A DNA stretch of 64,000 bases from Acidobacteriota bacterium (GTDB taxonomy: Bacteria; Acidobacteriota; Thermoanaerobaculia; Gp7-AA8). Below are positions 36,403 through 46,305 of the stretch, in pieces (position 1 is the stretch's first letter; each line of letters opens with the position of its first letter). The DNA lies in NCBI GenBank assembly GCA_019244185.1, contig JAFATB010000023.1, forward strand, positions 128,001 through 192,000, given 5' to 3'. The position numbers and the translations under genes were made by a program. The notes below the pieces were generated by a model. That model searched no databases. It saw only the letters and a program-made list of their open reading frames with translations, and was not told the DNA's origin.

Positions 36403-39141
36403 ATGCGCCGCCTCCTGCTGATTTCCGTGCTCCTCGCCACCAGCGCGTTTGCGCTGCCTCCCAACGTCGAGCAGCTCGACACCTACAAAGGCGTCACGCA
36501 GTACCGGCTCAAGTCGAATCAGATGACGCTGCTCCTCGTGCCGGATCACACCAGTCCCGTGTTCACGTTCATGGTCGTGTATCACGTCGGCTCGCGGAAC
36601 GAGGCGCCGGGGAACACCGGCTCGGCGCATCTGCTCGAGCACATGATCTTCAACAAGTCGACCGAGCATTTCGGCCGCGCGAAAGGGCACAAGACGTTTC
36701 AGGAAGTGCTCTACGAGGCGGGCGCGGACTTCTCGTCGACGAACATGACCACGTGGTACGACCGGATGAACGGCTACTCGACGCTGCCGTCGGACAAGCT
36801 CGAGCTGGCGATGCAGATCGAGGCCGATCGTCTCGGCCGCGCGCTCATCATCGACACGGAACGGCAGTCCGAGATGTCGGTCGTGCGCAACGAGTACGAG
36901 ATCAGCGAGAACAATCCGTTTCAGGTGCTGCTGAAGTCGACCGTTGCCGCCGCGATTCAGGCGCACCCGTATCACTGGTCGACGATCGGCTACCGCTCGG
37001 ACATCGAAGGCGTGTCGACCGATCAGCTGCGCGCGCACTACAAGAACTTCTTCTGGCCGAACAACGCGGAGGCGGTACTCGTCGGCGACTTCGATCCCGA
37101 CGCCGCGCTGGCATTGTTCGATCGCGAGTTCGGCAGCTTCGCGCCGTCGCCGCAGCCGATCCCGCGCGTCATCACGGTCGAGCCGCCGCAGGAAGGGGAG
37201 CGCCGCGCGGTCGTGCAGCGTCCCGGCACGATCGGCATGGTGATGCTCGGCTACATGCGTCCCGGCGCGTCGCATCCCGACTTCATGCCGTTCGAGGTGC
37301 TCGCGTCGATCCTCAGCGACGGCGTCAACGCGCGGCTCAACCGCGCGCTCGTCGAGACGGGCCTCGCGACGAGCGTGAACGCGAACAACTTCGCGTTGCG
37401 CGATCCGTATCCGTTCCTCGTCGATGCGACGCTCGCCGGCGGCAAGACGCACGCGGAAGTCGAGAGCGCGCTGAAGGCCGCGCTCGCAGACGTGGCCACG
37501 AACGGCGTGACGGATGAGGAGCTGAAGCGCGCGCAGAAGCAACTCGAGCTCGCCGTCACGCGCGGCCGCGATGGCACTTACCAATACGCCGCGAACCTCG
37601 GCGAGGCGATCGCGTCCGCGAACTGGAAATGGTTCCTCGACTACGTCGACGCCGTCAACGCCGTGACGAAAGACGACATCAAGCGCGTCGCCGCGACGTA
37701 CCTCATCCCGAACCACGCCACCGTCGGCTGGTTCGTTCCGACCGCGAACACGAAGACCGCCGACGCCGCCGTTCCCGCGACGCCGGCCGCATCGCCCGCG
37801 CGCATCGGGAGCGCTTCGTCGACGGAGACGGCAACGACGAAGGCCGCGAAGCCCGCGCCGGCGAAGACCACCTTCGCGCAGCGCACCACGCATCGCGTGC
37901 TGCGCAACGGCATCACGCTCGACATCGTCGAGAACCACGCGCGGCCGACCGTCGCGCTGCGCGGCGTCGTCTTCGCGGGGGACACCGCGGCTCCGGCGAA
38001 TCAGCCCGCCATCGCCGCGCTCACCGCGAAGATGCTCGAGCGCGGCACGAAGACGCGCACGAAAGAAGAGATCGGACGGCTCATCGACGACGTCGGCGCG
38101 ACGCTCTACTTCACGCCGGCCGCGACGGAAGTCTCGATCGTCTCCACCGGCATGGCGCGCGATCTGCCGCTCGTGCTCGACGTCCTCGGCGACGAGCTGC
38201 AGCATCCGGCGTTCGCCGCCGACGAGCTGGCGAAAGCGAAGAAGGAGTACGAGACCGACGTGCTGCGCGCCGACGACAACACGTCGCAGCGCGCGATGGA
38301 GCGCCTGAACCAGCTCGTCTATCCCGAGGGGCATCCGTATCACCCCGCGGGGCGCGAGAAACTGCTCGCCAGTAGCAACGCCATCGGCGCGGAGCAGCTG
38401 CGCGCGTTCCACGCCGCGCACTACAACGGCGCGGGGCTGATCCTCGCCATCGTCGGCGACGTCGACACCGCGAAGACGATCGCGCTCGTCGAGAAGTTGC
38501 TCGGCGGTCTGCCGAAAGGCGAGCGCGTCTCATTCACGCAGCTCGCGCGCACGAATGCATCGACCGGCGGCGCGCGTGAGGCGCTCACGATGCGCGGCAA
38601 GGCCAACATGAACATCGTCATGGGATCGGCCAGCGGGTTGCGCCGCACCGATCCCGACTACGAGGCCGCGCTCGTCGCGAACGCCGCGCTCGGCCAGAAC
38701 GCGCTCTCCTCGCGCATCGGCAAGCGCGTCCGCGACACGGAGGGACTCTCGTACAACCTCTTCTCACGGTTCGGCGCGGATCTCATCGACGGCCTCTGGT
38801 ACGTCAACGTCAACGTCGCGCCGCAGAACCTCGCCAAGGCGATGCAGTCGACGCGCGAGGAGATCGACAAGTTCGCGCGCGAGGGCGTGACGGACGAGGA
38901 AGTCGCGGCGCAGAAGAGCTTCTTCGCCGGCAACTATCAGGTCGGCCTCGGCTCGAACGGCGGCATCGCGGCGGCGCTCGCGAGTGCGGAGAAGTACGGC
39001 TTCGGCCCGAAGTACCTCGACGAGTTCCCGGCGCGCGTGCGCGCGGTGACGAAGGATCAGGTCAACGCGGCCATGCGCGCGCATCTCTTCGCGGACAAAC
39101 TCAATCTCATCGTTGCCGGAGATCTGGAAAAGCTGCCGTAG
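36403..39141 (+). CDS. M16 (pitrilysin) family zinc protease
   Basis: GSAHLLEHMIF; two M16 halves; VRDTEGLSY; signal peptide. Confidence 0.92.
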   Translation: MRRLLLISVLLATSAFALPPNVEQLDTYKGVTQYRLKSNQMTLLLVPDHTSPVFTFMVVYHVGSRNEAPGNTGSAHLLEHMIFNKSTEHFGRAKGHKTFQEVLYEAGADFSSTNMTTWYDRMNGYSTLPSDKLELAMQIEADRLGRALIIDTERQSEMSVVRNEYEISENNPFQVLLKSTVAAAIQAHPYHWSTIGYRSDIEGVSTDQLRAHYKNFFWPNNAEAVLVGDFDPDAALALFDREFGSFAPSPQPIPRVITVEPPQEGERRAVVQRPGTIGMVMLGYMRPGASHPDFMPFEVLASILSDGVNARLNRALVETGLATSVNANNFALRDPYPFLVDATLAGGKTHAEVESALKAALADVATNGVTDEELKRAQKQLELAVTRGRDGTYQYAANLGEAIASANWKWFLDYVDAVNAVTKDDIKRVAATYLIPNHATVGWFVPTANTKTADAAVPATPAASPARIGSASSTETATTKAAKPAPAKTTFAQRTTHRVLRNGITLDIVENHARPTVALRGVVFAGDTAAPANQPAIAALTAKMLERGTKTRTKEEIGRLIDDVGATLYFTPAATEVSIVSTGMARDLPLVLDVLGDELQHPAFAADELAKAKKEYETDVLRADDNTSQRAMERLNQLVYPEGHPYHPAGREKLLASSNAIGAEQLRAFHAAHYNGAGLILAIVGDVDTAKTIALVEKLLGGLPKGERVSFTQLARTNASTGGAREALTMRGKANMNIVMGSASGLRRTDPDYEAALVANAALGQNALSSRIGKRVRDTEGLSYNLFSRFGADLIDGLWYVNVNVAPQNLAKAMQSTREEIDKFAREGVTDEEVAAQKSFFAGNYQVGLGSNGGIAAALASAEKYGFGPKYLDEFPARVRAVTKDQVNAAMRAHLFADKLNLIVAGDLEKLP

Positions 39142-39201
39142 AATGACGGTGTCATGTCGTTGCTCGGCTTCGTGCGCATGTTTTTTCGTGGAGGTTCGCA
39201 G

Positions 39202-39639
39202 ATGCTTCAGCCCGGCGACACCGCGCCTGACTTCGATGCCGTCGATCACAACGGCAACCGCGTGCGGCTGCGCGACCTGCGCGGCAAGAAGGTCGTGCTC
39301 TGGTTCTATCCGAAAGCCGACACACCCGGTTGAACGCGTGAAGGTTCCGGGTTCCGGGACCTCGCGGGCGAGTACGAGAAAAAGAACGCGCGCATCCTCG
39401 GCGTGAGCTTCGATACGCCGGAAGAGAACCGCAAGTTCGCCGAGAAGTTCAAATTCAACTTCCCGCTCCTGTGCGACACCGACCGCAAGATCGGGCTCGC
39501 GTACGGCGCGGCGACGAAGGCATCGGACGAATACGCGAGCCGCATCGCCTACGTCATCGACGAGAACGGCAAGATCGCGCAGGCGCACCCGAAAGTCGAC
39601 GCGTCGAGCTATCCGGCGATGCAGCTGAACGACTTGTAA
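39202..39639 (+). CDS. bcp: BCP/PrxQ peroxiredoxin, selenocysteine-containing
   Basis: GGAGG SD; MLQPGDTAPDF...WFYPKADTPG*TREG; TGA 39331-39333 at the peroxidatic Cys; frame continues to TAA 39639. Confidence 0.88.
39335..39366 (+). promoter_or_regulatory. Putative bacterial SECIS element
   Basis: CGCG-tga-AGGTTCCGG-GTT-CCGGGACCT-CGCG hairpin immediately 3' of the UGA, with G/U in the apical loop. Confidence 0.7.
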
Positions 39640-39709
39640 CAGCGTTCGCTGCAACTATTTCCGCTCTCGAACGAATACAGCCTCCAGACAAGCTCTCGGA
39701 GGTCTGTAC

Positions 39710-40936
39710 ATGAGCGCGAAGCGGAAACGGAAGATCACCATCGTCTCGGTCATCCTGCTGATCGTCGTCATCGGCGGCGCGGTGGCCATCAAGGCGAGCA
39801 CGAAAGACAAGAAGGCGCCGGAATCGCCGGTGAAGACCGGCAAGGCGGAAGTGGCCGACATTCAGGTCAAGGTGACCGAGGTCGGCACCGTCGAGCCGGA
39901 AGTGAAAGTCGACGTCAAGTCGGCGCTCTCCGGAAAAGTCGTCGAGATCCTGCATCGCGACGGCGACGTCGTGCGTCGCGGCGACGTTCTCGCGCGCGTC
40001 GAGCCCGACCTCAATCAGGCGCAGTCGCTCGCCGAGACGAAGAGCTCCCTCACCGCGACGGAGATCCGCTTCAACGAGGCGAAGAAAAACTACGAGGCGG
40101 ACAACCAGCTCTTCCTCCAGGGGCTGCTTGCGCCGAAAGCACATCGCGACACCGAGACCGCCTACTTCGAAGCGCGCGAGGAGTACGACAAGGCGCGCCA
40201 GAAGTACGCCATCGTCGAGAAGAGCGGCATTCCCATCAGCCAGTCCGCCGAGAACTTCCAGGGCTCGAACGTCGTCGCTCCGATGGACGGCGTGGTCCTG
40301 ACCAAGAACGTCGAGATCGGCGAGTCGATCACCTCCGGCGTCTCGTCGTTCAACGCCGGCACCGTGCTCTTCACGGTTGCCGACACCTCGCGCATGATCG
40401 TGAAGGCGGGCGTCAACGAAGTCGACATCGGCAAGATCCACGTGGCCATGCCGGTGAAGGTCACGCTCGACGCGTATCCGAAAGTCGTCTTCAAGGGCAA
40501 GATCGACCGCATCGCGCCTGCCGTGCGCATCGACGACAAGGTGCGCGTGTTCGACGTCGAGATCCGTCTCGACGCGCAGGGCCGCGAGCTCCGCTCCGGC
40601 ATGACCGCGAACATCGAAGTGATCGGCGAGCGCAAGGACAAGGTCCTCAGCGTGCCGGTGGAATCGGTCTTCAAGCGCGACGAACAGGAAATCGTCTACG
40701 TGAAGAAGGCGGTCGATCCGAAGGCGCTGGCCGCGGAGCCGAAGAAGCTCGAAGGCGAAGCGAAGAAGCAGGCCGAGAAGGACGCATGGAAGAAGTTCTT
40801 CGAGAAGCGTCCGGTGGTCACCGGCCTCGCCGACAACGGGCGCGTCGAGATCCTCAGCGGCGTGAAGCCGGGCGACGAGATCGCCATCGAAGATCCGACC
40901 GTCACCAAAGACAAGAACGACGACAACGACGATTAG
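39710..40936 (+). CDS. MacA-like periplasmic adaptor subunit
   Basis: VKSALSGKV, VAPMDGVV, LRSGMTANIEV. Confidence 0.88.
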   Translation: MSAKRKRKITIVSVILLIVVIGGAVAIKASTKDKKAPESPVKTGKAEVADIQVKVTEVGTVEPEVKVDVKSALSGKVVEILHRDGDVVRRGDVLARVEPDLNQAQSLAETKSSLTATEIRFNEAKKNYEADNQLFLQGLLAPKAHRDTETAYFEAREEYDKARQKYAIVEKSGIPISQSAENFQGSNVVAPMDGVVLTKNVEIGESITSGVSSFNAGTVLFTVADTSRMIVKAGVNEVDIGKIHVAMPVKVTLDAYPKVVFKGKIDRIAPAVRIDDKVRVFDVEIRLDAQGRELRSGMTANIEVIGERKDKVLSVPVESVFKRDEQEIVYVKKAVDPKALAAEPKKLEGEAKKQAEKDAWKKFFEKRPVVTGLADNGRVEILSGVKPGDEIAIEDPTVTKDKNDDNDD

Positions 40937-41019
40937 TTGCTGACGCTGGCGCGATCGCGCGTGGCCGGCGGGCACCGGGCAAACGCGCGATCGCGACAGC
41001 CGAGGCGACGGAGCACATC

Positions 41020-41793
41020 ATGAGCGCAGTCTTCAAATTCGAAGCATGGCGGGAAGCGGAACCGGTCGTACCGACCGCGGCCGCGACCGGCAAGAGCCTC
41101 ATCCAGCTCGAGCGGATCACCAAGACGTACGACTCCGGCGAGAACGCGGTGCAGGCACTGCGCGGCGTCGATCTGCGCATCGAGCGCGGCGAGTTCGTCT
41201 CCATCATCGGACCGTCCGGCTCCGGCAAGTCGACGCTCATGCACATCCTCGGCTGCCTCGACTCGCCCAGCGAAGGTCGCTACTGGCTCGACGGCGAAGA
41301 CGTGGCCTCGATGTCCGCGCGCGCGCTCGCACGCGTCCGCAACCAGAAGCTCGGCTTCGTGTTCCAGACGTTCAACCTCCTGCCGCGCGCGACGATCCTC
41401 AAGAACGTCGAGCTGCCGCTGCTCTACGCCGGCATCGACAGCGACGAGCGCCGCACGCGCGCGTTCGAAGCGCTGAAGCGCGTCGGCCTCGCCGAGCGCG
41501 CCAAGCATCGCCCCAGCCAGCTCTCCGGCGGCCAGCGCCAGCGCGTCGCCATCGCGCGCGCGCTCGTCAACGAGCCGTCGATGATCCTCGCCGACGAGCC
41601 GACGGGCAACCTCGATCAGAAGACCGGCTCGGACATCATCAAGCTCTTCGAAGAGTTCGCGTCGTCGGGACAGACCATCATCCTCGTCACGCACGATCCC
41701 GGCATCGCGCGCCGCACGCCGCGCCGCGTGAAGATCGTCGACGGCGTGATCGTCGACAACGACACCCTCGACGAACCGGGCGCGGAGGAGTAG
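41020..41793 (+). CDS. ABC transporter ATP-binding protein (MacB/LolD type)
   Basis: [28 protein letters not shown]. Confidence 0.93.
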   Translation: MSAVFKFEAWREAEPVVPTAAATGKSLIQLERITKTYDSGENAVQALRGVDLRIERGEFVSIIGPSGSGKSTLMHILGCLDSPSEGRYWLDGEDVASMSARALARVRNQKLGFVFQTFNLLPRATILKNVELPLLYAGIDSDERRTRAFEALKRVGLAERAKHRPSQLSGGQRQRVAIARALVNEPSMILADEPTGNLDQKTGSDIIKLFEEFASSGQTIILVTHDPGIARRTPRRVKIVDGVIVDNDTLDEPGAEE

Positions 41794-41796
41794 GCC

Positions 41797-43026
41797 GTGC
41801 TCATCCTCGAAGCCATCATCGACGGCATCCGCGACATCAAGGATCACTTCGGCCGCACGCTGCTGCAGCTCCTCGGCATCATCCTCGGCGCCGGCTCCAT
41901 CGTCGCGACCTTCTCGCTCTCCGTCGCCGGCAAGGAAGCGTCGATGAAGTACTACCGCGTCAGCGGCGGCATCGAGCGCATCTGGATCGGCAACAAGCCG
42001 ACCGGCAAGGTGACTCTCGACGCGAAGGCGCTGGCGTCCCAGGGGCTGACCTACGCCGACGCGATGGCGCTGCGCTCCGAAAGTAAAGAGATTGACCTCG
42101 TCTCGCCCGTCTCGCAGGGGCAGATGGACGTCGGCTACGAAAAGCTCACCAAACGCCGCGATGTCATGGGCGTGACGCCGGCGTACTCGCCGATCAGCTT
42201 CTTCCACGTCGACCGCGGCCGCTTCATCACCGACACCGACCTCGCCACTGCCGCCCGCGTCGTGGTCCTCGGCACCACGCGGGCCACCGAGTTCTTCGGC
42301 AGCGACGACCCGATCGGCAAGACCATGACCATCGACGGCGCCGGCTATCTCGTCGTCGGCGTCATGCAGGAGAAGTACTTCAGCTTCGATCAGAAGCACA
42401 ACGCGCTGCGCTGGATGAACCGGCAGATGTACATCCCGATCACCACGATGATGACGCGCAAGGGCGAGCCGCTGAAGCAGGGCAAGATCTCGTTCATGCA
42501 CGCGCGCATGAAGGACGTGGCGCGGCACAAGGAAGCGGTCGCGGAGATCGAGCGCATCCTCTTCCGCCAGCACGGCGTCAAGGACTTCGACGTCTTCTCG
42601 CGCGTGGCGAACCTCAAGCGCAACGAGAGCGAAGGGAAGATGTACGACGTCACCTTCATGATCTGCGGTCTGATTTCGCTGCTGGTCGGCGGGATCGTGA
42701 TCATGAACATCCAGCTGGCCTCGTTCAACGAGCGCGTGCGCGAGATCGGCACGCGCAAGGCCGTCGGCGCGACGCCCGCGCAGATCTTCTTCCAGATGCT
42801 CACCGAGTCGGTGCTCGTCTCCGTCTTCGGCGGCGTGATCGGCATCTTCGTCGGGCGCCTCTTCACGCAGGGCATCTCCGCGCTCACGCGCAACCCGGCC
42901 ATCATCACCACCGGCGTCATCATCAACGCGCTCGTCTTCGCGGCCGGCACGGGGCTCGTGTTCGGCATGTATCCGGCCATCCGCGCGTCGCGGCTGAATC
43001 CCATCGAAGCCTTACGTACGGAGTAA
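41797..43026 (+). CDS. ABC transporter permease (MacB/FtsX type)
   Basis: VGGIVIMNI...ERVREIGTRKAVGA; PAIRASRLNPIEALR. Confidence 0.9.
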   Translation: MLILEAIIDGIRDIKDHFGRTLLQLLGIILGAGSIVATFSLSVAGKEASMKYYRVSGGIERIWIGNKPTGKVTLDAKALASQGLTYADAMALRSESKEIDLVSPVSQGQMDVGYEKLTKRRDVMGVTPAYSPISFFHVDRGRFITDTDLATAARVVVLGTTRATEFFGSDDPIGKTMTIDGAGYLVVGVMQEKYFSFDQKHNALRWMNRQMYIPITTMMTRKGEPLKQGKISFMHARMKDVARHKEAVAEIERILFRQHGVKDFDVFSRVANLKRNESEGKMYDVTFMICGLISLLVGGIVIMNIQLASFNERVREIGTRKAVGATPAQIFFQMLTESVLVSVFGGVIGIFVGRLFTQGISALTRNPAIITTGVIINALVFAAGTGLVFGMYPAIRASRLNPIEALRTE

Positions 43027-43031
43027 CGACC

Positions 43032-44258
43032 ATGCAAATCGGCGAATCGATCCGGACGTCCTACGAGGAAGTGAAAGCGCATCCGCTGCGGTCACTCTTC
43101 ACGCTCGTCGGCGTCATCCTCGGCACGCTCGCGCTGGTCGTGGTGATGTCGGTGCTCGACGGCATCGATCGCTCCGTCAAGCAGGGCATCAACGACCTCG
43201 GGCTCGACGGCGTCGTCGTGGCCTCGCCGCGCACGCCGGTCGACCGCATCGAGAAGGCGAAGGCGCACCTCTCGCGCGGCCTGCGCGTCGAAGACCTCAA
43301 GGCGTTCGACGGCACCGACAACATCAGCGACATCGCGCCGGTCGGCGAGACGCGCGCGGTCGTCACCGCCGGCACCGTGACGCGCCGCATCGAGGTCTAC
43401 GGCGTGACGCCGGAGTTCGCGGAGATCCGCAACCGCCTCACCTCGCAGGGCCGCTTCATCAGCGAACGCGACAACCTCGCCACCGCGCCGGTCTGCGTCA
43501 TCGGCTTCAAGCTGAAGTCGCAGCTCTTCGGCGGCGAGGAAGCGATCGGCCAGAAGATCAACATCGGCGGGCGCCGCCTCACGGTCGTCGGCGTGGGACA
43601 GAAGTTCGACATGAACTTCGTCGACGACGACGACATGCGCAAGGAGATGGGCGGCGCGTACATCCCGTGGACGGTTTATCGCGACATGTTCGGCCGCACC
43701 GACGCGGTGTCGTACATGCTCGCGAAGGCGATCACGCCGAAGAAGAGCGTCGACGCCGAAGACGAAGCCACCGCGCGCTTCCGCCAGGCGCACAACGGCA
43801 TCGGCGACGTCAAGATCGACAACCCCGGCAAGGAGATCCTCAAGGAGCGCGGGCAGATCGACATCATCCTGCGCAACTGGCGCATCGTCTTCTTCGCCAT
43901 CGCCGGCATCTCGCTGCTCATCGGCGGCGTGGGCATCTTCTCGGTGCTGAAGATCTCGATCTCGGAACGCCTCTTCGAGATCGGCCTGCGCAAGTCCCTC
44001 GGCGCCACCGACGCGGAGATCTTCGTGCAGTTCCTCATCGAGTCGGTGACGCTCTCGTTCGTCGGTGCCGCGGTGGGACTCGCCGGCGGCTCGGTCCTCG
44101 TGAAGGTGATCTCCGGCTTCTTCCCGGCGGGACTGCCGGTGTCGAGCTTCGGCCTCACGATCGCCAGCAGCTTCGCCATCGCGGTCGGCTTGTTCGCGGG
44201 GTTGTATCCGTCGCTGACCGCGTCGCGGCTGCAGCCGGTGGACGCGCTGCGCGGCTGA
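43032..44258 (+). CDS. ABC transporter permease (MacB/FtsX type)
   Basis: ERLFEIGLRKSLGA; ASRLQPVDALR. Confidence 0.9.
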   Translation: MQIGESIRTSYEEVKAHPLRSLFTLVGVILGTLALVVVMSVLDGIDRSVKQGINDLGLDGVVVASPRTPVDRIEKAKAHLSRGLRVEDLKAFDGTDNISDIAPVGETRAVVTAGTVTRRIEVYGVTPEFAEIRNRLTSQGRFISERDNLATAPVCVIGFKLKSQLFGGEEAIGQKINIGGRRLTVVGVGQKFDMNFVDDDDMRKEMGGAYIPWTVYRDMFGRTDAVSYMLAKAITPKKSVDAEDEATARFRQAHNGIGDVKIDNPGKEILKERGQIDIILRNWRIVFFAIAGISLLIGGVGIFSVLKISISERLFEIGLRKSLGATDAEIFVQFLIESVTLSFVGAAVGLAGGSVLVKVISGFFPAGLPVSSFGLTIASSFAIAVGLFAGLYPSLTASRLQPVDALRG

Positions 44259-44283
44259 CGCCGCGCAGCGTGTCACCATCGCA

Positions 44284-46110
44284 TTACCGCGTCAGCGCCA
44301 CGAAAGCCGCGGCGGCCAGCAGCATCGCAAGCAGGAGCAACCCGCGCGTATCGAGCGCCGGAACCGCGGTCGTGACTGCCGCCGCGGCGGTCGTCGACGA
44401 GAACGTGTCGGAGACGCCGCCGATCGTCAGCACCGTGTTCGTCGTGGTGCTGTTCGTGGCCGCGGACGTGTGCTGCACGCGCACGCTGTCGCCGTTGTTG
44501 ACCGTGCCCGCGACGGACGTGAACGCGCCGCCGTTGATCGAGTAGGCGCCGCCCGCGACGGAGATGGGCGCGGCGCCGTTGATGCCGCTGACGGTGATGC
44601 TGTTCGACGTGATCGTCGAACTGAGCACTACGTTCGTCTTATCGATGAAGATGAACGCATCGGGCGTCGTGTCCTGCGCGAGCGTCGTGGACGTGAACGT
44701 GTCGGAGACGCCGCCGATCGTGAGCGTGGTGTCGGTGTTCGTCGAGAAGCTCGCCGATGACGTGTGCTGTACGCGCACGCTGTCGCCGTTGTTGACCGTG
44801 CCCGCGACGGACGTGAACGCGCCGCCGTTGATCGAGTACGCGCCGCCCGTCACCGAGATCGGCGCGGCGCTGTTGATGCCGCTGACGGTGATGCTGTTCG
44901 ACGTGATGGTCGTGCTCAGCGGCACGTCCGTCTGATCGGTGAAGGTGAACGCATCGGGCGTCGTGTCCTGCGCGAGCGTGGTCGATGTGAACGTGTCGGA
45001 GACGCCGCCGATCGTGAGCGTGGTGTCGGTGTTCGTCGAGAAGCTCGACGACGAGGTGTGCTGCACGCGCACGCTGTCGCCGTTGTTCACGCTGCCCGCG
45101 ACGGACGTGAACGCGCCGCCGTTGATCGAATACGTGCCGCCGGCGACGGAGATCGGCGCGGCGCTGTTGATGCCGCTGACCGTGATGCTGTTCGACGTGA
45201 TGGTCGTGCTCAGCGGCACGTCCGTCTGATCGGTGAAGGTGAAGGCGTCCGGCGTCGTGTCCTGCGCGAGCGTCGTGGACGTGAACGTATCCGAGACGCC
45301 GCCGATCGTCAGCGTGGTGTCGGTGTTCGTCGAGAAGCTCGCCGACGAGGTGTGCTGCACGCGCACGCTGTCGCCGTTGTTCACGGTGCCCGCGACGGAC
45401 GTGAACGCGCCGCCGTTGATCGAATACGTGCCGCCCGTCACCGAGATCGGCGCCGCGCTGTTGATGCCGCTGACGGTGATGCTGTTCGAAGTGATGGTCG
45501 TGCTGAGCGGCACGTCCGTCTGATCGGTGAAGGTGAAGGCGTCGGGCGCGGTGTCGGGCGGCAACACCACCGTCGCGTCGATCTCCATCATCTCGAGATT
45601 CGTGTGGCCGCTGAGCGAGATCCAACTCGCGCCGCTGGTCGTGCTCGCGGCGAACGTCGCCGGAATCGTGCCGCTGCCCGCGACCGTCGTGTCGCTCGTC
45701 GAGCTCCACAGGCCGGTGTTGATGTCGCCGGGCGCCATGACGATCCAGTAGCTGGTGCTCGGCGACAGCAGCATCGCCGCGTTCGGCGTGACGCTCTGCG
45801 TGCCGAGGGTCGCGGTCAAGGTCGACGTGTCGAAGCTGCCGAGTTGCGCGAGCGGCTGATCGCTCCCCGAGTCGCTGTAGAGAAAGATCGAATACGGCTG
45901 GCCGGCGTTGTTCTTCGCGCCGCGGAACTGCAGCGTGGTGACGTTCCAGCTCTGCGCGTCGGTGGTGAACTTCTGCGCGAGCCAGAACGTGCTCTGCGGC
46001 GAGTCGTTGCTCGCGGGCGTGTTCGCCATCGTGGAGACCAGCACGGCGCCGCGGGCCGACGCGGTCGCGAAAACGAGAATTGACAAGACAAACCGGATCC
46101 GTTGAAGCAC
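44284..46110 (-). CDS. Surface protein with four 98-aa Thr/Ser-rich repeats and an IPTL-CTERM-like sorting tail
   Basis: GTG start with GGAGG SD; signal peptide; C-terminus VPALDTRGLLLLAMLLAAAAFVALTR. Confidence 0.85.
   Translation of the reverse strand: MLQRIRFVLSILVFATASARGAVLVSTMANTPASNDSPQSTFWLAQKFTTDAQSWNVTTLQFRGAKNNAGQPYSIFLYSDSGSDQPLAQLGSFDTSTLTATLGTQSVTPNAAMLLSPSTSYWIVMAPGDINTGLWSSTSDTTVAGSGTIPATFAASTTSGASWISLSGHTNLEMMEIDATVVLPPDTAPDAFTFTDQTDVPLSTTITSNSITVSGINSAAPISVTGGTYSINGGAFTSVAGTVNNGDSVRVQHTSSASFSTNTDTTLTIGGVSDTFTSTTLAQDTTPDAFTFTDQTDVPLSTTITSNSITVSGINSAAPISVAGGTYSINGGAFTSVAGSVNNGDSVRVQHTSSSSFSTNTDTTLTIGGVSDTFTSTTLAQDTTPDAFTFTDQTDVPLSTTITSNSITVSGINSAAPISVTGGAYSINGGAFTSVAGTVNNGDSVRVQHTSSASFSTNTDTTLTIGGVSDTFTSTTLAQDTTPDAFIFIDKTNVVLSSTITSNSITVSGINGAAPISVAGGAYSINGGAFTSVAGTVNNGDSVRVQHTSAATNSTTTNTVLTIGGVSDTFSSTTAAAAVTTAVPALDTRGLLLLAMLLAAAAFVALTR
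44386..45555 (-). repeat. Four tandem ~294-bp intragenic repeats
   Basis: Units start at 45555, 45261, 44967, 44673 (DT.PDAF.F.D...GGVSDTF.STT). Confidence 0.92.
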
Positions 46111-46305
46111 ACGAACCTCCTGCTCTCTCTCTCCTGCGGATGGTTGGGGATCTCGATCGACGCGATCGTATCCGCCGCCCGCCCGGCGCGATGACAGGCT
46201 TTCGTTACATTGCGCGCGGCGCCGCTCAGAACTTGAAGAGGAGCGCGGCGAAGAGCGCGCCGCGCGCCGCCTCCCCACGTCACGCGCGCGATAGACTTTC
46301 CGCCG

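Noticed and set aside
39331-39333. Peroxiredoxin pseudogene with a nonsense mutation
   Set aside because: The stop lies exactly at the catalytic Cys, is followed by a SECIS-like hairpin, and there is no other sign of decay.
40950-40995. 13-bp inverted repeat inside the MacAB-type operon
   Set aside because: Low-complexity CGCG sequence with no U-tract and a single copy; at most an mRNA-stabilising hairpin.
44386-45555. CRISPR array or mobile repeat
   Set aside because: The 294-bp units are in frame within a coding sequence and have no spacers.
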